A stretch of 62,790 nt of DNA, filler included, from Globobulimina sp. (GCA_003354225.1; 29 parts of 29 records of this genome joined end to end with filler, not necessarily neighbours in it); one strand, 5' to 3'. Shown: positions 23,875 to 37,780, counted from the whole stretch's first letter. Notes: generated by a model from the sequence alone, not told the origin. Numbers and translations are program-made.

Positions 23875-25943
23875 CGTCGCTTGTTATGCTGGATATTTCT
23901 AGGAAGAGCAGATAACGGTTTTTTAATATTATTATGAAAGCTTGAATTTAATTTTCTTTTCTTTTTTGGGGAAATAATATTATTTTTACCTATTTTTTTC
24001 TTATTTTGTTTCATCCATAATTCCCTCTCTGTTACCAATCTAAATTTATATTTATAATATTTATCACAAAGATATTTATTATCACAATTATTCCAATAAC
24101 CAGCCAAACATTTTATGCAATGACAGGTTAAAAATCGATGAAAACATGAATTTTCCTCATGATCAAAAGTAAATGAACTTAATGATAATATCCCGCTCAA
24201 TGTACGCACCACTTCTACTGATTTTTTATGTATCGATTTATCAGTGATTGCTTCATAATTTCTATCCATTAATTTACGTTTCCCCTTTTTCTTGTTTTTA
24301 TTATCATTTTTAAATTCTATTTCCTTTATTTTCATAAATTTGGCGGCAGTTATGACATAAGATTCATTTTCATTGTAAATCAATTCGTGTGATGTCACTC
24401 CCCTTCGCATAGCGGTTTTGTCAACATGTCCGTTTGCATCAACAGGTCCCTTGCCATGTTGTGCAGCACCATTTTTGAATTTTACTCAAACCCAACAAAA
24501 AAGCAGTGCAGCCAAATTCGCCATGATCCGACCATGCTGTCACATATTTCAAATCGCGTTTCAATATGTTTGAAAAATATTCTTTCCTGATTTTTATATG
24601 CTTTTCAACGACGTATAATGTCGTAGAAAAATCATGCTTTTTGTCTGAGACAAAATAACTCGTTGTATCTTCAACCACATTTTTCATATTATTTTTAAAC
24701 GCTTCATGAAAAATCATAAATGAATACGCTTTCTGTCCACCCCATTGTCCACTTGATTTTGTATGATATGTAACAGTTGGATTATTGATCCAGTCTGCTT
24801 GGAAGTATAATCCATTTATTCCTACATTTCCAATGTCGTATTTCCGTGCTTTATGCTGCCAAATCCATTTTGTATGATGTAATAAATGTTTTTTAAAGAC
24901 TCGATAATAATCTTCAATAAAGTCTTTGTATAATTGATTGCATTCTGATATTACAGTCGTTCTGTTACAAACTTTCATATATTCATATTTAATATAAATA
25001 TTGTTATAATTATGGCTATGATTTAATAATTTTTTCAACGTCCTAACACCGCAATTATTACACTCACTCAATAAACATGCTTTATTTGCATATTTCTTAT
25101 TATTTGAACAACAAAAATATGAAATATAGTTTGTTGGTGTTGATGATAATATTTTCACCAAATTCAAACACTGTATACATGGCACACATTTTAGTTTACA
25201 TTTATAATTTTTACCTTTTTTATGATATATAACATCATCATTTTGTTTGCACTCAATTTTATGGTTTGTACCATATTTCATCGAATCAAAATTAAAATGT
25301 TGAGAGCATGTTGAATAATCATTTTCTGGTTTCTTATAAATATATGGATGATGCGTTCGCCTCCTCTCTTTAAACATAGATTGAGAAGGCAATTTTTTCA
25401 AATTCAATCGTAAAAACAATGATTTATGTGAATCTATATATTGTTTATGCTGAGTTTTAAATAATCCATCAACGAAATGATAGGGATGATCATCTTTTGT
25501 GTTTGTGAGAGAATTTTTCACTTTGCGCGATAAATTAATATTTGGACTCGGATCACCAAAACCATGCAAAAATGAATCCATTGTTTCATATATTTCTCTC
25601 GGATAACTTTCCCTTGACTTATTTTCGCATGTTTTTTCATTATATAATTTTTTGGTGTCTCCAGCGATAAAATTAAATTTATTTTGTACAATTTGTGTCA
25701 GTATTGTACTGCCACAATCCTCTGACAATAACTTCCTTACCACATTGAGGTTGGTGGCATTGACATCATAATCAATATATTGCTGCTCTGCATTTTCATC
25801 TTTCTTTGGCTTTTTCCGTGGTGTTTTGTTACGTGTTTCATCAATACATAATATAGACGCACCAATGATTTGTTTATGTTGTTGCACAATATACGATTTT
25901 TCATTTCCTAATTGTCGCACTGTTATGTCTAACTGCAACATGG
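23875..25943 (-). mobile_element. Cys-rich DDD-type DNA transposase-like gene, frameshifted
   Basis: Cys clusters, ADW..N, SDKKHD, AWSDHG, and in the shifted frame QHGKGPVDANG..K (24420-24465). C-terminal LTCHCIKCLAG.W..C. Superfamily assignment (Sola-like) is uncertain. Confidence 0.65.
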
Positions 25944-26043
25944 NNNNNNNNNNNNNNNNNNNNNNNNNNNNNNNNNNNNNNNNNNNNTTAATTAATTAAN
26001 NNNNNNNNNNNNNNNNNNNNNNNNNNNNNNNNNNNNNNNNNNN

Positions 26044-27788
26044 AAAAACAAGCGGAAACTTTTATTTCTCCGAATATATTTATGGCATCGTTTATTTTCA
26101 ACGGTCCATTTCACTGTATATAGAAACACTAATTGCATAATATTGAGTATATTACAACTTATTTGTCGAATATTTATCCAAAGTTTGTCATTCAAAGTAT
26201 TGTGTTCCTGCAATAATAAAAACGAGGTTGTGATTATATTACAAATTACCAAAATTACTCCGTCCATAACACTGCGTAACTTTGCCAACTTCGTTTTGAA
26301 ATCCATAGTCTGACTATATTCCATTCGTATTTTGTTTGCTTTGATGCAAATAGCATTGCAAAGTATGCATATATTAATTATTAGCACACCATATACTGCC
26401 ACACAAATACAATTCCATATCACCTGAAAATGAATCATAATTTCTACAAAGCTCATGAATAATATTAGCAAGACATGGCGCGGTCTAATGATACAAGTGG
26501 CAAATCCGTAATATTGCATACGGTTCGCATAATATGTGTAATCTGCGCCAGATACAATATGCAAACATGTATTAAATAGTAAAATGGAAGCAAATAACTT
26601 AAGAATTACTTCATTTATAATGAATAATATATGGTTGTTATCGATATCGCTGCCATATATTATATGATTAATATGATTGTAACACTTCCAATTAAAGATA
26701 CATAGCATTTGATATTCAAAGAAAAATATTATAAAAATAAGAAAAATGGCCCAATGTATCACTCTGTCATTTAAAACATTTTTCAACTGTTTCTGAGTGC
26801 TTTCCGTTGCAGAAATGTCATCCGTTTGACTAGAGCTGCCATCCGTTGTTGCATCCTCTGGTATGTTTGGAGGTTTTTTACCTGTTTTCCTGCCATGCTG
26901 CGAAATACTGAGAGTTGTCTGTGATAAATTCAACAAATATTGGCGAATATAGTCATGATAGATATTCAAACATAATGCAAGTGACGTGACAGCAAACCCA
27001 TTTAAAATATATCGCATTGCCAATAAAGCATAAGTTAAGAAATCATACGATGTATGTTTATAATTATGGATTTGTGATAATATTAAAGTTGCAGTGCAGA
27101 TATAATGCAATAATGCCAACATAGAAGTTATTCCAAATTCAGTCCATTCGAATATGAAAATCTTTTTATAAAATTTGAATAAATTAATACATTTTCTGCG
27201 GTTGGACATCTTTGCTTTGCTGAGTAGAATTAATATGCTGCTCAATGCAACTTTGCTATGTGTGCGGCGTGAATGTTCTTGGACCGTTCTATTATTTTTA
27301 TATTGATAAACAAATATAAAACATACTATAATCAGAAACATATAAAATAAAAACGCTGCGATATTAAAAACATTTATATATAAAATTTTAATGTTATATA
27401 TTTTAAAATATTCATTGTAGTTTGCTATGTATTGAATAAATGAGCAAATATATAATATGATAAACAATATAATTATAATATAATACAGTGGTTGTTGTCC
27501 ATTTCGCGGTATGTTATATGAGTTCGCAAGAATTGATTGATTGTTATTTGTTGCGATGGACAAAAGACTTTGTTGTTTTTCATGATGACCATCCATTTTA
27601 ATGTTAATTTTGTGTTCAAGGATGTTGCAATCTATCTCTTCCGCACTGTCAATAGTTTCATACGACGGAGAATCGGATAATAGCAGGAAATCACCAGATA
27701 CATCAGTAGCCAGCGTCGATGTGGTTAAATTTGAATTGCATGCACTGAATCCAGAAAGCTGTGATGTATTGCATCCTAACCGGTCCAT
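26044..27788 (-). CDS. Polytopic membrane protein of unknown function
   Basis: ORF of about 580 codons with roughly 10 hydrophobic segments. Confidence 0.55.
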
Positions 27789-28212
27789 TATTCGATTACG
27801 TACTGCAGCTAGGTAAAAAATTTTAATTCGAAAATTACTTTATTTGGAAACATCTCATGTATGTATTTCAAGCTATATAGATTCACATAAACATGCAAGC
27901 TGCAGTCACAAGCAAGCAATGGTCTGAGCTGAGGATACAATATGGTATTCCTTAAGTTTAGTAAGGGATGGCTAAGTAAGTAAGTAAGTACTTAGATATA
28001 ATTAATACAAAGAGGTTTTCAGTTATAGGGGGGTATCATATGTCAATATACCACATTACTCCCTTTTTCAGGAAAGTCTGAAGTTCTTTTTATTTTAAAG
28101 TCTTTACTTCAANNNNNNNNNNNNNNNNNNNNNNNNNNNNNNNNNNNNNNNNNNNNTTAATTAATTAANNNNNNNNNNNNNNNNNNNNNNNNNNNNNNNN
28201 NNNNNNNNNNNN

Positions 28213-29720
28213 GAAGGATAGCCACAATCATTTTTCAATATATCATAAATATATTCATATCCTTTTGAATAATCAGATTGTTTGGGCAAACAGCCAATAA
28301 TTTGAGCAATATCATCAATAAAAGGATGTGCTGAAAGTGCTGGAAGAAACCAAAATGGATCATAATCAATCAAAGTTTTTTGAATCCATTCATTTTGTAT
28401 TTCTGTTGAGGGTAATTTCACATTTCCGCTCCAAACTTGTCCAATTAACCTTGCTTGCAATTCATGCGTAAATGTTGATATCACATGATTTGCGCCATTA
28501 AATGCAATATTATCCTGTTCAAATCCTGTAATAAATGATAATAAATATAATAAATTCCGTTGCCTTTTAATTTCTGGCTTATAAAATTTATCAATAATAT
28601 CTTTTGACAATATTTTATTATACGCTTCATTCACATTGTAACCCGTTGCAAAAATTATGGTATCAATGTCTTTTAAACATTGACAATTATTTGTTAAATA
28701 TACATTATTTCCAGCAACAGAATCAATTTCATTTTGAATGCCAACCAATATACCTTTTTTACAAAAATATTCAAAACCTTTAACAAATCCGAATTTCATT
28801 TTATTTTCATTGACTTTGTTATCGACATCACCAGGTGTTATAAATCCATATTTATCTAAATATATCGCAAATTTCTTATAATCCAATTCTCCATTTCTTG
28901 CCATTATGATCGCATCCAAAGTTTGATCAGATTCATCCAAATTGTTTACATTATCAGTTTGCCAAAATCGCAAAAATACTCGTTGTTCGCGATACAAATT
29001 ATATACAAATTTCGCATTATTTATGCATAAATATTCAGAAACATCACAGCCGGAAACAGAATTGCCAACAACTAATACGTTCTTATTTGTTACATCAGTG
29101 TCAATATTAATTTTTTTAATATCTGTTGAATGATAAATATTTCCGTTAAAATTTTCTTTCATTTTATCAATATTTAAATGTTGTGGATATTTTGGAGATG
29201 AAAATGTTCCCAAACACAACACAATTTTGTCAAATAAATATTTCTGTGTTTCATTATTATTTACAATTATTTCCCATTTATTATTATTTTTATTTATTTT
29301 TGTAACCGTTGAATTAAATTCGATATCTTTGTATAAATCAAAATGTTTGCTGTAATTTGAAAGATGTTTATGAACATATTCAATATTTGTATATGTTGGA
29401 TGGCTTTCTTTTGTGTGTCCATGATCTTCGCATTGATAAATATAATCAGAAAATGGCCAATGTGTATAAGAAGAGTTACTGGTCATTCCTTTATATCCAC
29501 CACCTTTCGCATTCTGTACATCCCAATTTCCGCCGATATCATTGCTGTATTCAAATAATTTAATATCATTAAATCCTATTTCTTTAAATTCTTTTAATGT
29601 TCCAATACCTGCAATGCCACCACCAACCACTCCAATTGACGACGAAATGGAATTATTAAAAAATCTCAAATTATAATTCTGTTCATGTTTACAGAGTCTT
29701 GCAAGTAAACGAGTATTCAT
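28213..29720 (-). CDS. Flavin-containing monooxygenase (FMO family), 3' truncated
   Basis: VVGGGIAG FAD motif, IGGNW, FNGNIYHS fingerprint, VLVVGNSVSG, DTIIFATGY and ELQAR. Confidence 0.9.
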
Positions 29721-29937
29721 TACCAAAAAAATGTTTTTGCTGACTAGCCCACTGAATTTCGGTCGATTGAGTTAGATTGATATTATATCAAATCCATAAA
29801 ACTATTATTCACATATAAATCAATAAATCAATAATAAATTATAATACGTGTATACAATGAAAACACACAAAGAAATTAAACAATACAAAATATATAAAAT
29901 ATTGTACAAAAATATGATAATAAGTATGTTAAACATG

Positions 29938-30280
29938 TCAATTATATTGATTATATAATATATTTCCAGCATTATTCCTCCAACCATTCAATTTTAGAAA
30001 AATGGCATGTCCTTTGATATAAAAATAATTCCCTACAAATACAATAACAAATCCACCCGCTCTAATCCATGAATATTTTTCTTGCCAACTTTCACCATAA
30101 TGGCCATATCCAAATTCATTTGCTATTCCAAATGCAATTAATGACATTAACCAAGTACCGCTGGGATATATTTGTTGAAATAATTTACGTGTTAACGAAC
30201 TCGACAACACCGTCATTTTCATTTGCATCGTATCCTTGCTATAAATAGCAATCAAAAACAATACAAAACATATACTAAAC
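29938..30280 (-). CDS. C-terminal fragment of a membrane transporter (DMT-like)
   Basis: Hydrophobic helices ending GESW..YSWIRAGGFVIVFVGNYFY, resembling DMT/SLC35F termini. Confidence 0.45.
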
Positions 30281-30380
30281 NNNNNNNNNNNNNNNNNNNN
30301 NNNNNNNNNNNNNNNNNNNNNNNNTTAATTAATTAANNNNNNNNNNNNNNNNNNNNNNNNNNNNNNNNNNNNNNNNNNNN

Positions 30381-31304
30381 GAGAATGAAGCAAATAATGA
30401 TGATTTGGTCGGTTTTGATGGTGACTTGTCATCAATGCTGAATCCATCCATATTTGCATCACGTTCCAGCTCGCCGCTATCCTCACAACTGACTGGCATG
30501 ACATTGGAGCATTTATCCATGACAAACAATGCACCGTCGACCAATGCGGCAGAGAGTATCTGCGATGAGGAGCAAACAAACAATGATGATATGGCTGCCC
30601 AGGCTTTGCTGTTACTGAAAAATTCAAAACAAAATGAGTCCAATGACGCGGAGGACACTGTGATGGACAATCAATGCAAAAAAGAGAGTACAAAACATAA
30701 AAATGGGCACAAAAATAAGACTGATAAGGAGGAGATCGACGATGATGATGCCAAATCGATGGAGATTGATAATGAGAATGAAGCGAAATGTATGGAAAAT
30801 AATGCGAATGCAGTATGTAATATCGATTGGGAGAATGAATCTGATTCAAGTGAAGAAGAGGAGAGATATTTGACGCAAAAAGATAAGGATATATTGCGGA
30901 ATGAACAGCGTCGATTGAAGATATCTTGCAAAATGAGTGAGGATTTTAAAATGCCGGATGGGTATTTGTCGCATTCCATATTTGTGTGTCCGATACAAAC
31001 TGATTATGTGCCGGATCCACAGACAAAGTTAGGATGTGGGCATTTGATCTCGTATCAAACCTTTGTGCGGTTGCAAAATATGCAAAGACAGAGACATCAG
31101 GAAAATAGGAATCGACCGTTGAAGATACATTGTCCAAATTGTGATCAACAATCGGATGTGGAGAAAGATGTAAGATATGTGTATTTGGGGAGGTTTCCAG
31201 ATTTAAGGGTTGATCCGAGATTTATGGATATTTTGGATAAGAAATTGGATGCAAATGCTACGAAATGGGTGCCCGGTGCCACTCAAATTAATGGCCAAGA
31301 GTAA
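30381..31304 (+). CDS. RMND5/Gid2-type degenerate RING protein, 5' partial
   Basis: HSIFVCPI..P.TKLGCGHLIS..IHCPNC after an acidic low-complexity region. Confidence 0.65.
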   Translation, partial: ENEANNDDLVGFDGDLSSMLNPSIFASRSSSPLSSQLTGMTLEHLSMTNNAPSTNAAESICDEEQTNNDDMAAQALLLLKNSKQNESNDAEDTVMDNQCKKESTKHKNGHKNKTDKEEIDDDDAKSMEIDNENEAKCMENNANAVCNIDWENESDSSEEEERYLTQKDKDILRNEQRRLKISCKMSEDFKMPDGYLSHSIFVCPIQTDYVPDPQTKLGCGHLISYQTFVRLQNMQRQRHQENRNRPLKIHCPNCDQQSDVEKDVRYVYLGRFPDLRVDPRFMDILDKKLDANATKWVPGATQINGQE

Positions 31305-31539
31305 TTATATGGGATGTAATGATTTTTTTTTGTAGTGTGAGAATCATAAAGCGTTTACTTTCTAAATATAACCATCGGTCTACAGAATGTAAGTTTTTTG
31401 ATAATCGTGAACTTCAACGGTTTTTAAGTGAACTTCAGAACTTGGGAATATGTCTCTTGTTGTTATCAAACAGCTGTTTCAGTTGTCAGTTGACGTCATT
31501 ACTCAATACTAATCAATATATATCAGGATAAAAATCAAT

Positions 31540-32337
31540 ATGACACTGAAAATACTAATTATTGCATTAATTGTAATTTTCGTGGAAATCAACGATGCAA
31601 TGGAGAAAGAGAAACCAGGCACACCAGCCATAGCTAATCAAGACGCAGCGCGCACAGATACAGCAGGCCAAGCAATTTCAACTGCAATACAGTCTCATAG
31701 ACAGGAAGGCATTGCAAAAGTAAACACCGGAGATCTTTGCAAAGGCAATCCAGAACATGCAGATCCAACAAGTTTTGTTATGATATGTAATATGAAACAC
31801 TCTGATATATTTATAAATATTTTTTTTTAATTATTCAGTAAAAGATAAAGACAATTTTATACCAGCATGTGCCACATGTATCTCTGCATCAGCAGTTGAA
31901 GGACAATTCTGTTATTTAAACACATGGACATGGAAAACCCATTGCAAGTGCGACAGTGCCGAATATGCAAACTGCCAATGCTACAAAGGTCTAAATTATG
32001 GGGGTGCCTTTGCGTACATTGTTCTCCCATTTGTCACGATAGCAATTCTTATCATTGTGCAAGTTTGTATGCGTCATAGATTCTGTCCAATAGCAAAAAT
32101 GGAAGCGGAGTTGAGAAAAATGGACAAAAATGAAGCTAAAAAAAAGAAACGCAGAAGTCTGAATGGTATGTGATGTATACGATATGATATCAAATAAATA
32201 CAAAATGCCGATATATATATTTATGTTATGTTCAGAAACAAGCGGTGGCGAACTAGTCGAAGAAACAACTGAATTGCCAGCACTTGACAGTGGTGCTGAA
32301 GATAATGGAATGCGAACAACCAACGATGTAAATTAAT
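31540..32337 (+). CDS. Small secreted Cys-rich protein, spliced (approximate)
   Basis: Signal peptide, with Cys-rich coding (HCKCDSAEYANCQCY) resuming after a probable intron near 31771-31838. Confidence 0.35.
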
Positions 32338-32548
32338 AAATAATTGCATGTATACTCCAACTCACTTAAAATAAATTAATGTATCTTTTGTAGTCGTGTT
32401 ACAAATTACAATTTAATTTCGTTTCAATTAAATGTTTAAACAATAAACNNNNNNNNNNNNNNNNNNNNNNNNNNNNNNNNNNNNNNNNNNNNTTAATTAA
32501 TTAANNNNNNNNNNNNNNNNNNNNNNNNNNNNNNNNNNNNNNNNNNNN

Positions 32549-34616
32549 ACTTATACCAATTGGTATTCATCAATCACTACCGACCATAAATATTGTGTAG
32601 AAATGACAGCGCATAAGAACTATGAATGGGAAACAAAGAACTGTTCTGATAGCAACACTTTTATCTGTAATTCATGCCACTATGATATAGCCGATAACTC
32701 CCAATCATACCATGTAAATCCAAATATATTAAGCTGGGATAATTCTCAATTATATTGTACCAATCATTGCAATTCTGACCTGGCATCAATACATAACGAA
32801 CGCGACCTGAATTATGCAAAATATCTATCAATCAATGGCCATAAATTAAATATAAATGAATATTCAAACAATGTATCAATTGGATTATTCAAAAATGAGT
32901 TATCAATTGAATGGGAATGGATAGATGGCTCAGATTTCAATTATGGGCATGATTATAGGCATCCGGATGGCAGACCATATCCATGGTCGGCACTATTGAC
33001 CAATACTTCTGATGCACAGTGTGTGAGAATGAAATCTTCTCAGAACTATGAATTCCATGATGGGAATTGTAGTGGCTCTGCGCAATCAAGATTTATGTGC
33101 CATTCATGCGATGCAACGCTGAATAAATATGTGGTTGTTAATATTGACAAATTACATGCCGATGGCAATGCCTTTTGTCAACGCGAATTGGGCACAGCTT
33201 TAGCATCCTTACACAGCACATCTGATCACAACGAAGCTAAATATTTATGCCAACTCAGTAGTAATAACAATGGAGATTGTCATATTGGATTAGCATTTTA
33301 TAATTCGTATCAATACGATGATGGGACAGGTTTTGATTTTGGTACTGAGCTCGCAGCATATCCATGGAGCTCGTATACGAGTGGTGATAATGTGGTGTTA
33401 TCTCAACTTGACGATTATTTATGGAAAGCTGTAGATTCGACGGCGAAACATAATTTTATTTGCAATTTGCCTTCGCAATTGTGTACAGTCAGTGATTGGA
33501 ATGTTTTTGGTGATTGGGATGCATTCGAGACAACAAATAATTGCAATCTGCAGCATAGTAACAATGGTGCCGCTGTGATGACGGATAAACAATTTATTAA
33601 TCATAATAATGAATTATTGATAGAATTAATTTATGCCATAACAGATATCAATTCCGCTTTTAGCTCAATTGCAGCCGGAATTATGTTATTTAATATGCAA
33701 TCAGTATGTGATTATTATTATATATCAATTACACCTCAAAATAATGGCAAACGTAGTAAATTATCGCTGGGAAAGGTTAATAATGGTATTTATGATATAT
33801 TATACATGAATGATACAATGCTGTTTAAAATTGGAGTCGATTATGTGTTAAGAGTACAGGTTATTGATGGAGATATATTTAAGATTTCTATCAATGATAA
33901 TTTAATGATTGAATTCAGTGATTTTAGCTCCACTGTTAATGGCGGTGTATTATCAGGTTATATTGGTATAATGAATAGAAATTTGGCTACAATTTTCAGA
34001 TCGTTGCATGTTTCTGGTGGTGAATGGATATACGATACAGTCCCATTAAGTACATGCCTTAAATCTGAATATATTACATTGTCGCCAACAAATGAGCCTA
34101 CAATCAATCCATCTTTACAACCTACATTTGTTCCCACAAATATTCCAACAAATATGCCAACAAATGTTCCCACATTTGAACCAACAAAATATCCAACCAC
34201 TGAACCATCATATTATCCAACAGCAATACCAAGCTTACAACCAACCAGTCGACCAACAGTCGATCCAATCGAATTAAAAAGTGGCAGTGTTGACGATGTG
34301 AGTTCAACCACAATCATTCCTGATATAAATAACAAAGATTTGGATGATATTGATGATGGCGCTTTATTTTTGAATATTATTTATGTAGCGGTTGCTGTAA
34401 TTTTTTGTTGTTTGTTGAGTATTTGTGTTGTTATGATATATGTTAATAAAAAGAAACAGAATGTGGCAAGATATAATGTGCAATATCCACAAAAAGACTT
34501 GGAATTAGAACAAACAAAACCTGATAGGATTAGTGTTAAAGTAACAAGAAAAAGAGAGTTAACTACATGCACAGATGATAGTATTGAAGGATTGTATGAC
34601 GCGGATGATTTGTTGG
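32549..34616 (+). CDS. Multi C-type lectin domain receptor with PT-repeat stalk and TM helix, partial
   Basis: Repeated CTLD motifs (LASIHN, IGL..WEWIDGS, FIC), a beta-rich domain, PTxxPT repeats and TM IIYVAVAVIFCCLLSICVVMIYV. Confidence 0.85.
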
Positions 34617-34716
34617 NNNNNNNNNNNNNNNNNNNNNNNNNNNNNNNNNNNNNNNNNNNNTTAATTAATTAANNNNNNNNNNNNNNNNNNNNNNNNNNNN
34701 NNNNNNNNNNNNNNNN

Positions 34717-35269
34717 GTATGTTTTGGTGTTTTTTTTTTATTCATATTAAACTGAATTAATAAAATTAAATACCTGTAAGTTGAAGGATGCTTTGTGGGA
34801 AAGCTTCGATTATTGCTTCCATTAAAAATCCTAAATGTTTATATAATTTTTCATCTAAATATTGCTTGATTGGACTTGCATTTTGATCGATATATAATGA
34901 GTGCCAACTAAAATTATAACAGACCACTTTATCAATCATGACACGGACAAATGAGTCATCATCACTCACCAAATAAAAAATAAATGATAAGAATGGAGTG
35001 AATGGTACAGTCAATAAACATGATACAATGCTATGCAAAAAATCTGCTTTGCTTTCTGGTTCTTTACCGTGATTTAAATAAAATATGGCAAGATACGATA
35101 TTTGTGCCAATATTAAAATGGCCAGACTTATGTAGAAAAATACCATTCTATCCTTTGAATACCATGTTATCATTATGATTATATCCGTAGTTAAGTCTAA
35201 TAACGATACAATTCCGGCAATCGCATCAAATAATAATCCAATTGCTTTATACTGATGAGATACTACCAT
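34717..35269 (-). CDS. XK-related membrane protein, first exon
   Basis: DLTTDI and EAIIEAFPQSILQL match the XK-family E..PQ..LQ motif. Confidence 0.7.
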
Positions 35270-35335
35270 TATGTTTGAAAGTTAGTACCGGGCCAAGTAC
35301 TGAAGTTTTACATTAATTAGTAAGTACTACATGAT

Positions 35336-35821
35336 TCACCCCAAAAGCGTATCAACTGATTCTATTAGCTTTTGGATTTTGACAACCAACGGATTTGACT
35401 CAAACTCAATATAAAATCCCCAATACTCATCATTGAAATCCTCAACTAATGCTTTGTCCAAATGATATTTTCTGATCCAATTATCTGCGCCTTTATTTAG
35501 CACACAAACTTTAATAGAATCTGACACAACAAATTCAACTGTAAGAAGAATGGCTAATCTTGGTCCTCTACAAACTGATTCCATGCAATGAACGATGATC
35601 CAAGTATCCTCATTTTCGTTTGTCATTTGATCATTTTCGATTCTTTTTAATAGATCAGATAAGAAATTAATTTTCTTATTGTAAACCATGTTATTTGGCA
35701 CATGAATTGATCCAATGATATGTCCTCCTCTCCGATCCTCGTCACGAGCATCCAAAACATAACATCGCATATTGTTCTTTATCAAATTAACTAGAAATTC
35801 ATCATCGATCCTACTCACCAT
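35336..35821 (-). CDS. Rhodanese-fold Cdc25/ACR2-like phosphatase or arsenate reductase
   Basis: LDARDEDRRGGHIIGSIHVP and HCMESVCRGP (HCx5R). Confidence 0.85.
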   Translation of the reverse strand: MVSRIDDEFLVNLIKNNMRCYVLDARDEDRRGGHIIGSIHVPNNMVYNKKINFLSDLLKRIENDQMTNENEDTWIIVHCMESVCRGPRLAILLTVEFVVSDSIKVCVLNKGADNWIRKYHLDKALVEDFNDEYWGFYIEFESNPLVVKIQKLIESVDTLLG

Positions 35822-35947
35822 TGTGAAATTAAATTATTTTATCGAGAAATCTATCATGCTGATTCATACATTTTCGACTTAGGGCTAAGGCCTTGCCCCT
35901 TTGTTTTTAAATGTTTTATAATTAGTAATGGCAACAATAGTGTAATA

Positions 35948-36784
35948 ATGTCGCAGTTAGAATCGTTGGATGAAAAGCAAGAAACAGCAGGCAGTAAATT
36001 TATGAAATTATTCCAAAAAAAAGAAGAGCCAATTGAATGTAAACAATGTTTAACTGAACATTACGATATTAATAAAAATAAATATTGCTATAACTGCGGA
36101 TATTGTTTAAGTCTGCAAACAATTACATTTACAACAGATAGACACAAACATAAATACAAGAAATTAAGGAAAAAATTATTGTCATTTAGTACAAAACGAT
36201 TTAAGCTAGTCACAGAATATCAAAATCAATGCAAAATTATGGATGCAATGATGATACAACTCATCCAAAGAAAGATAAAAATCGAAAAAGAGTACATTGA
36301 AAATAATAAATTGTTAATAAATAAATATAATGAGAATAAAAATAAAAAAACAGAATTTACATCGATTTTACAACAAATAATATCAACATACATTGAAGCA
36401 ACGGATGAAACAATAAATGTACATTCAAATTATTTGCTATTTCTGTTGGAAATATTGAAATATCTACAAACCGAAAATGAAAATATGCTTGATTTTATTT
36501 CGGGATTTAAACAAGAGCATGATACTAAATTGAATGATATTTGGTTAGCCTGGAAAAATAACGAATATTTATTAGATTCGGATAAAATTATAAATGAAGA
36601 ATATGAAAATAGAAAAAAGAAAATATGGAATGAATGGCAAATGTTTTTGAAAGAATCATTAAAATCTTTTCCAAAGTTTATTAAGAAGCGATATAAAAAA
36701 ATTGTGGAAAAAGTATTAAAACCGGTTATTTTAAACGACATGGAAAAAAATAATAAAATACATTGCAAATATTTAAATATATGG
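35948..36784 (+). CDS. Zn-ribbon + coiled-coil protein, 3' truncated
   Basis: CKQC..YCYNCG followed by a helical Lys/Glu-rich region. Confidence 0.45.
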
Positions 36785-37148
36785 NNNNNNNNNNNNNNNN
36801 NNNNNNNNNNNNNNNNNNNNNNNNNNNNTTAATTAATTAANNNNNNNNNNNNNNNNNNNNNNNNNNNNNNNNNNNNNNNNNNNNATTATGGGATCCTACA
36901 TGTATGTCTTATCGGGAACACAACTGTATACGCAAAGTTCCACGAATTGGACGACTATTTATTGAAACAACATATATGATATATCGTAGAATTAACATAT
37001 TTCATCATGCATCAAAAAAACTTTTTTAACATTATTATTATGGCACATCAAATGTATTAAATATAAAATCAATGATCAAATTGGAATCATTGGAAGCATT
37101 GACAACATAAATCGTATCAATTATTTATTTGATAGAGGTGGTGTAAAT

Positions 37149-37424
37149 TTGCTTGATTCGTATTTTTGGTGGGGAGATAAAGCAATTTATAGGCGATATC
37201 GCCCATTTATAAGACCGCATGCTTTGGAGAATAGGCCGAGTTGGAAAGATGGTGATATAATTACTGTTAAACTAGATTCAGAGCAATGGATACTTGAGTT
37301 TTTTAATAATGGGAAGTTGGTATACGAGCCGGTTAAACTGAAGGACGTGACTGATAATACTTGTTTTTATCCAGTTATCAGAATGTGTCAAAGTGCTATG
37401 TATCGCAATTTGTTATACTCGTAA
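37149..37424 (+). CDS. SPRY-like domain C-terminal fragment
   Basis: WKDGDIITVKLD..LEFFNNG..FYPVI. Confidence 0.6.
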   Translation: MLDSYFWWGDKAIYRRYRPFIRPHALENRPSWKDGDIITVKLDSEQWILEFFNNGKLVYEPVKLKDVTDNTCFYPVIRMCQSAMYRNLLYS

Positions 37425-37435
37425 ACCATTACCAT

Positions 37436-37616
37436 TGAGGAGTGCAGAATTTTGTAATATAACTCGATTGTATATGGCTTATGATTGATAGATACATAAA
37501 TATTCTGTACCTATCAATTATTTATAACTAAAGAGCGCTATGAATTGAAAGAAGACAAAAACACTTGTTTCAAGTCGATTTGTCAGGATGTTGAGGTTTT
37601 AAATCTGCACTCCTCA
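37436..37616. repeat. Short element with 13-bp perfect terminal inverted repeat (MITE-like)
   Basis: TGAGGAGTGCAGA (37436-37448) pairs with TCTGCACTCCTCA (37604-37616). Internal hairpin at 37484-37518. Confidence 0.7.
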
Positions 37617-37780
37617 TTTGGCGCAAATGTATGTTTTTTCAAACGTATAGCAAGATCAGCGTCAAAATCTTTAAACTTACTTGAAGAAATATGTTAAATA
37701 CTTAAAATCCATATCATGTGCCTTCCCTTTACCAGGAGTCTTTTCCTCAAACGATATCTAAATAGCTCAAATAACCCAAA

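Noticed and set aside
19535-25943. LINE, DIRS-like element and transposase next to each other, like a mobile island
   Set aside because: They are on three separate contigs that are adjacent only because of size sorting.
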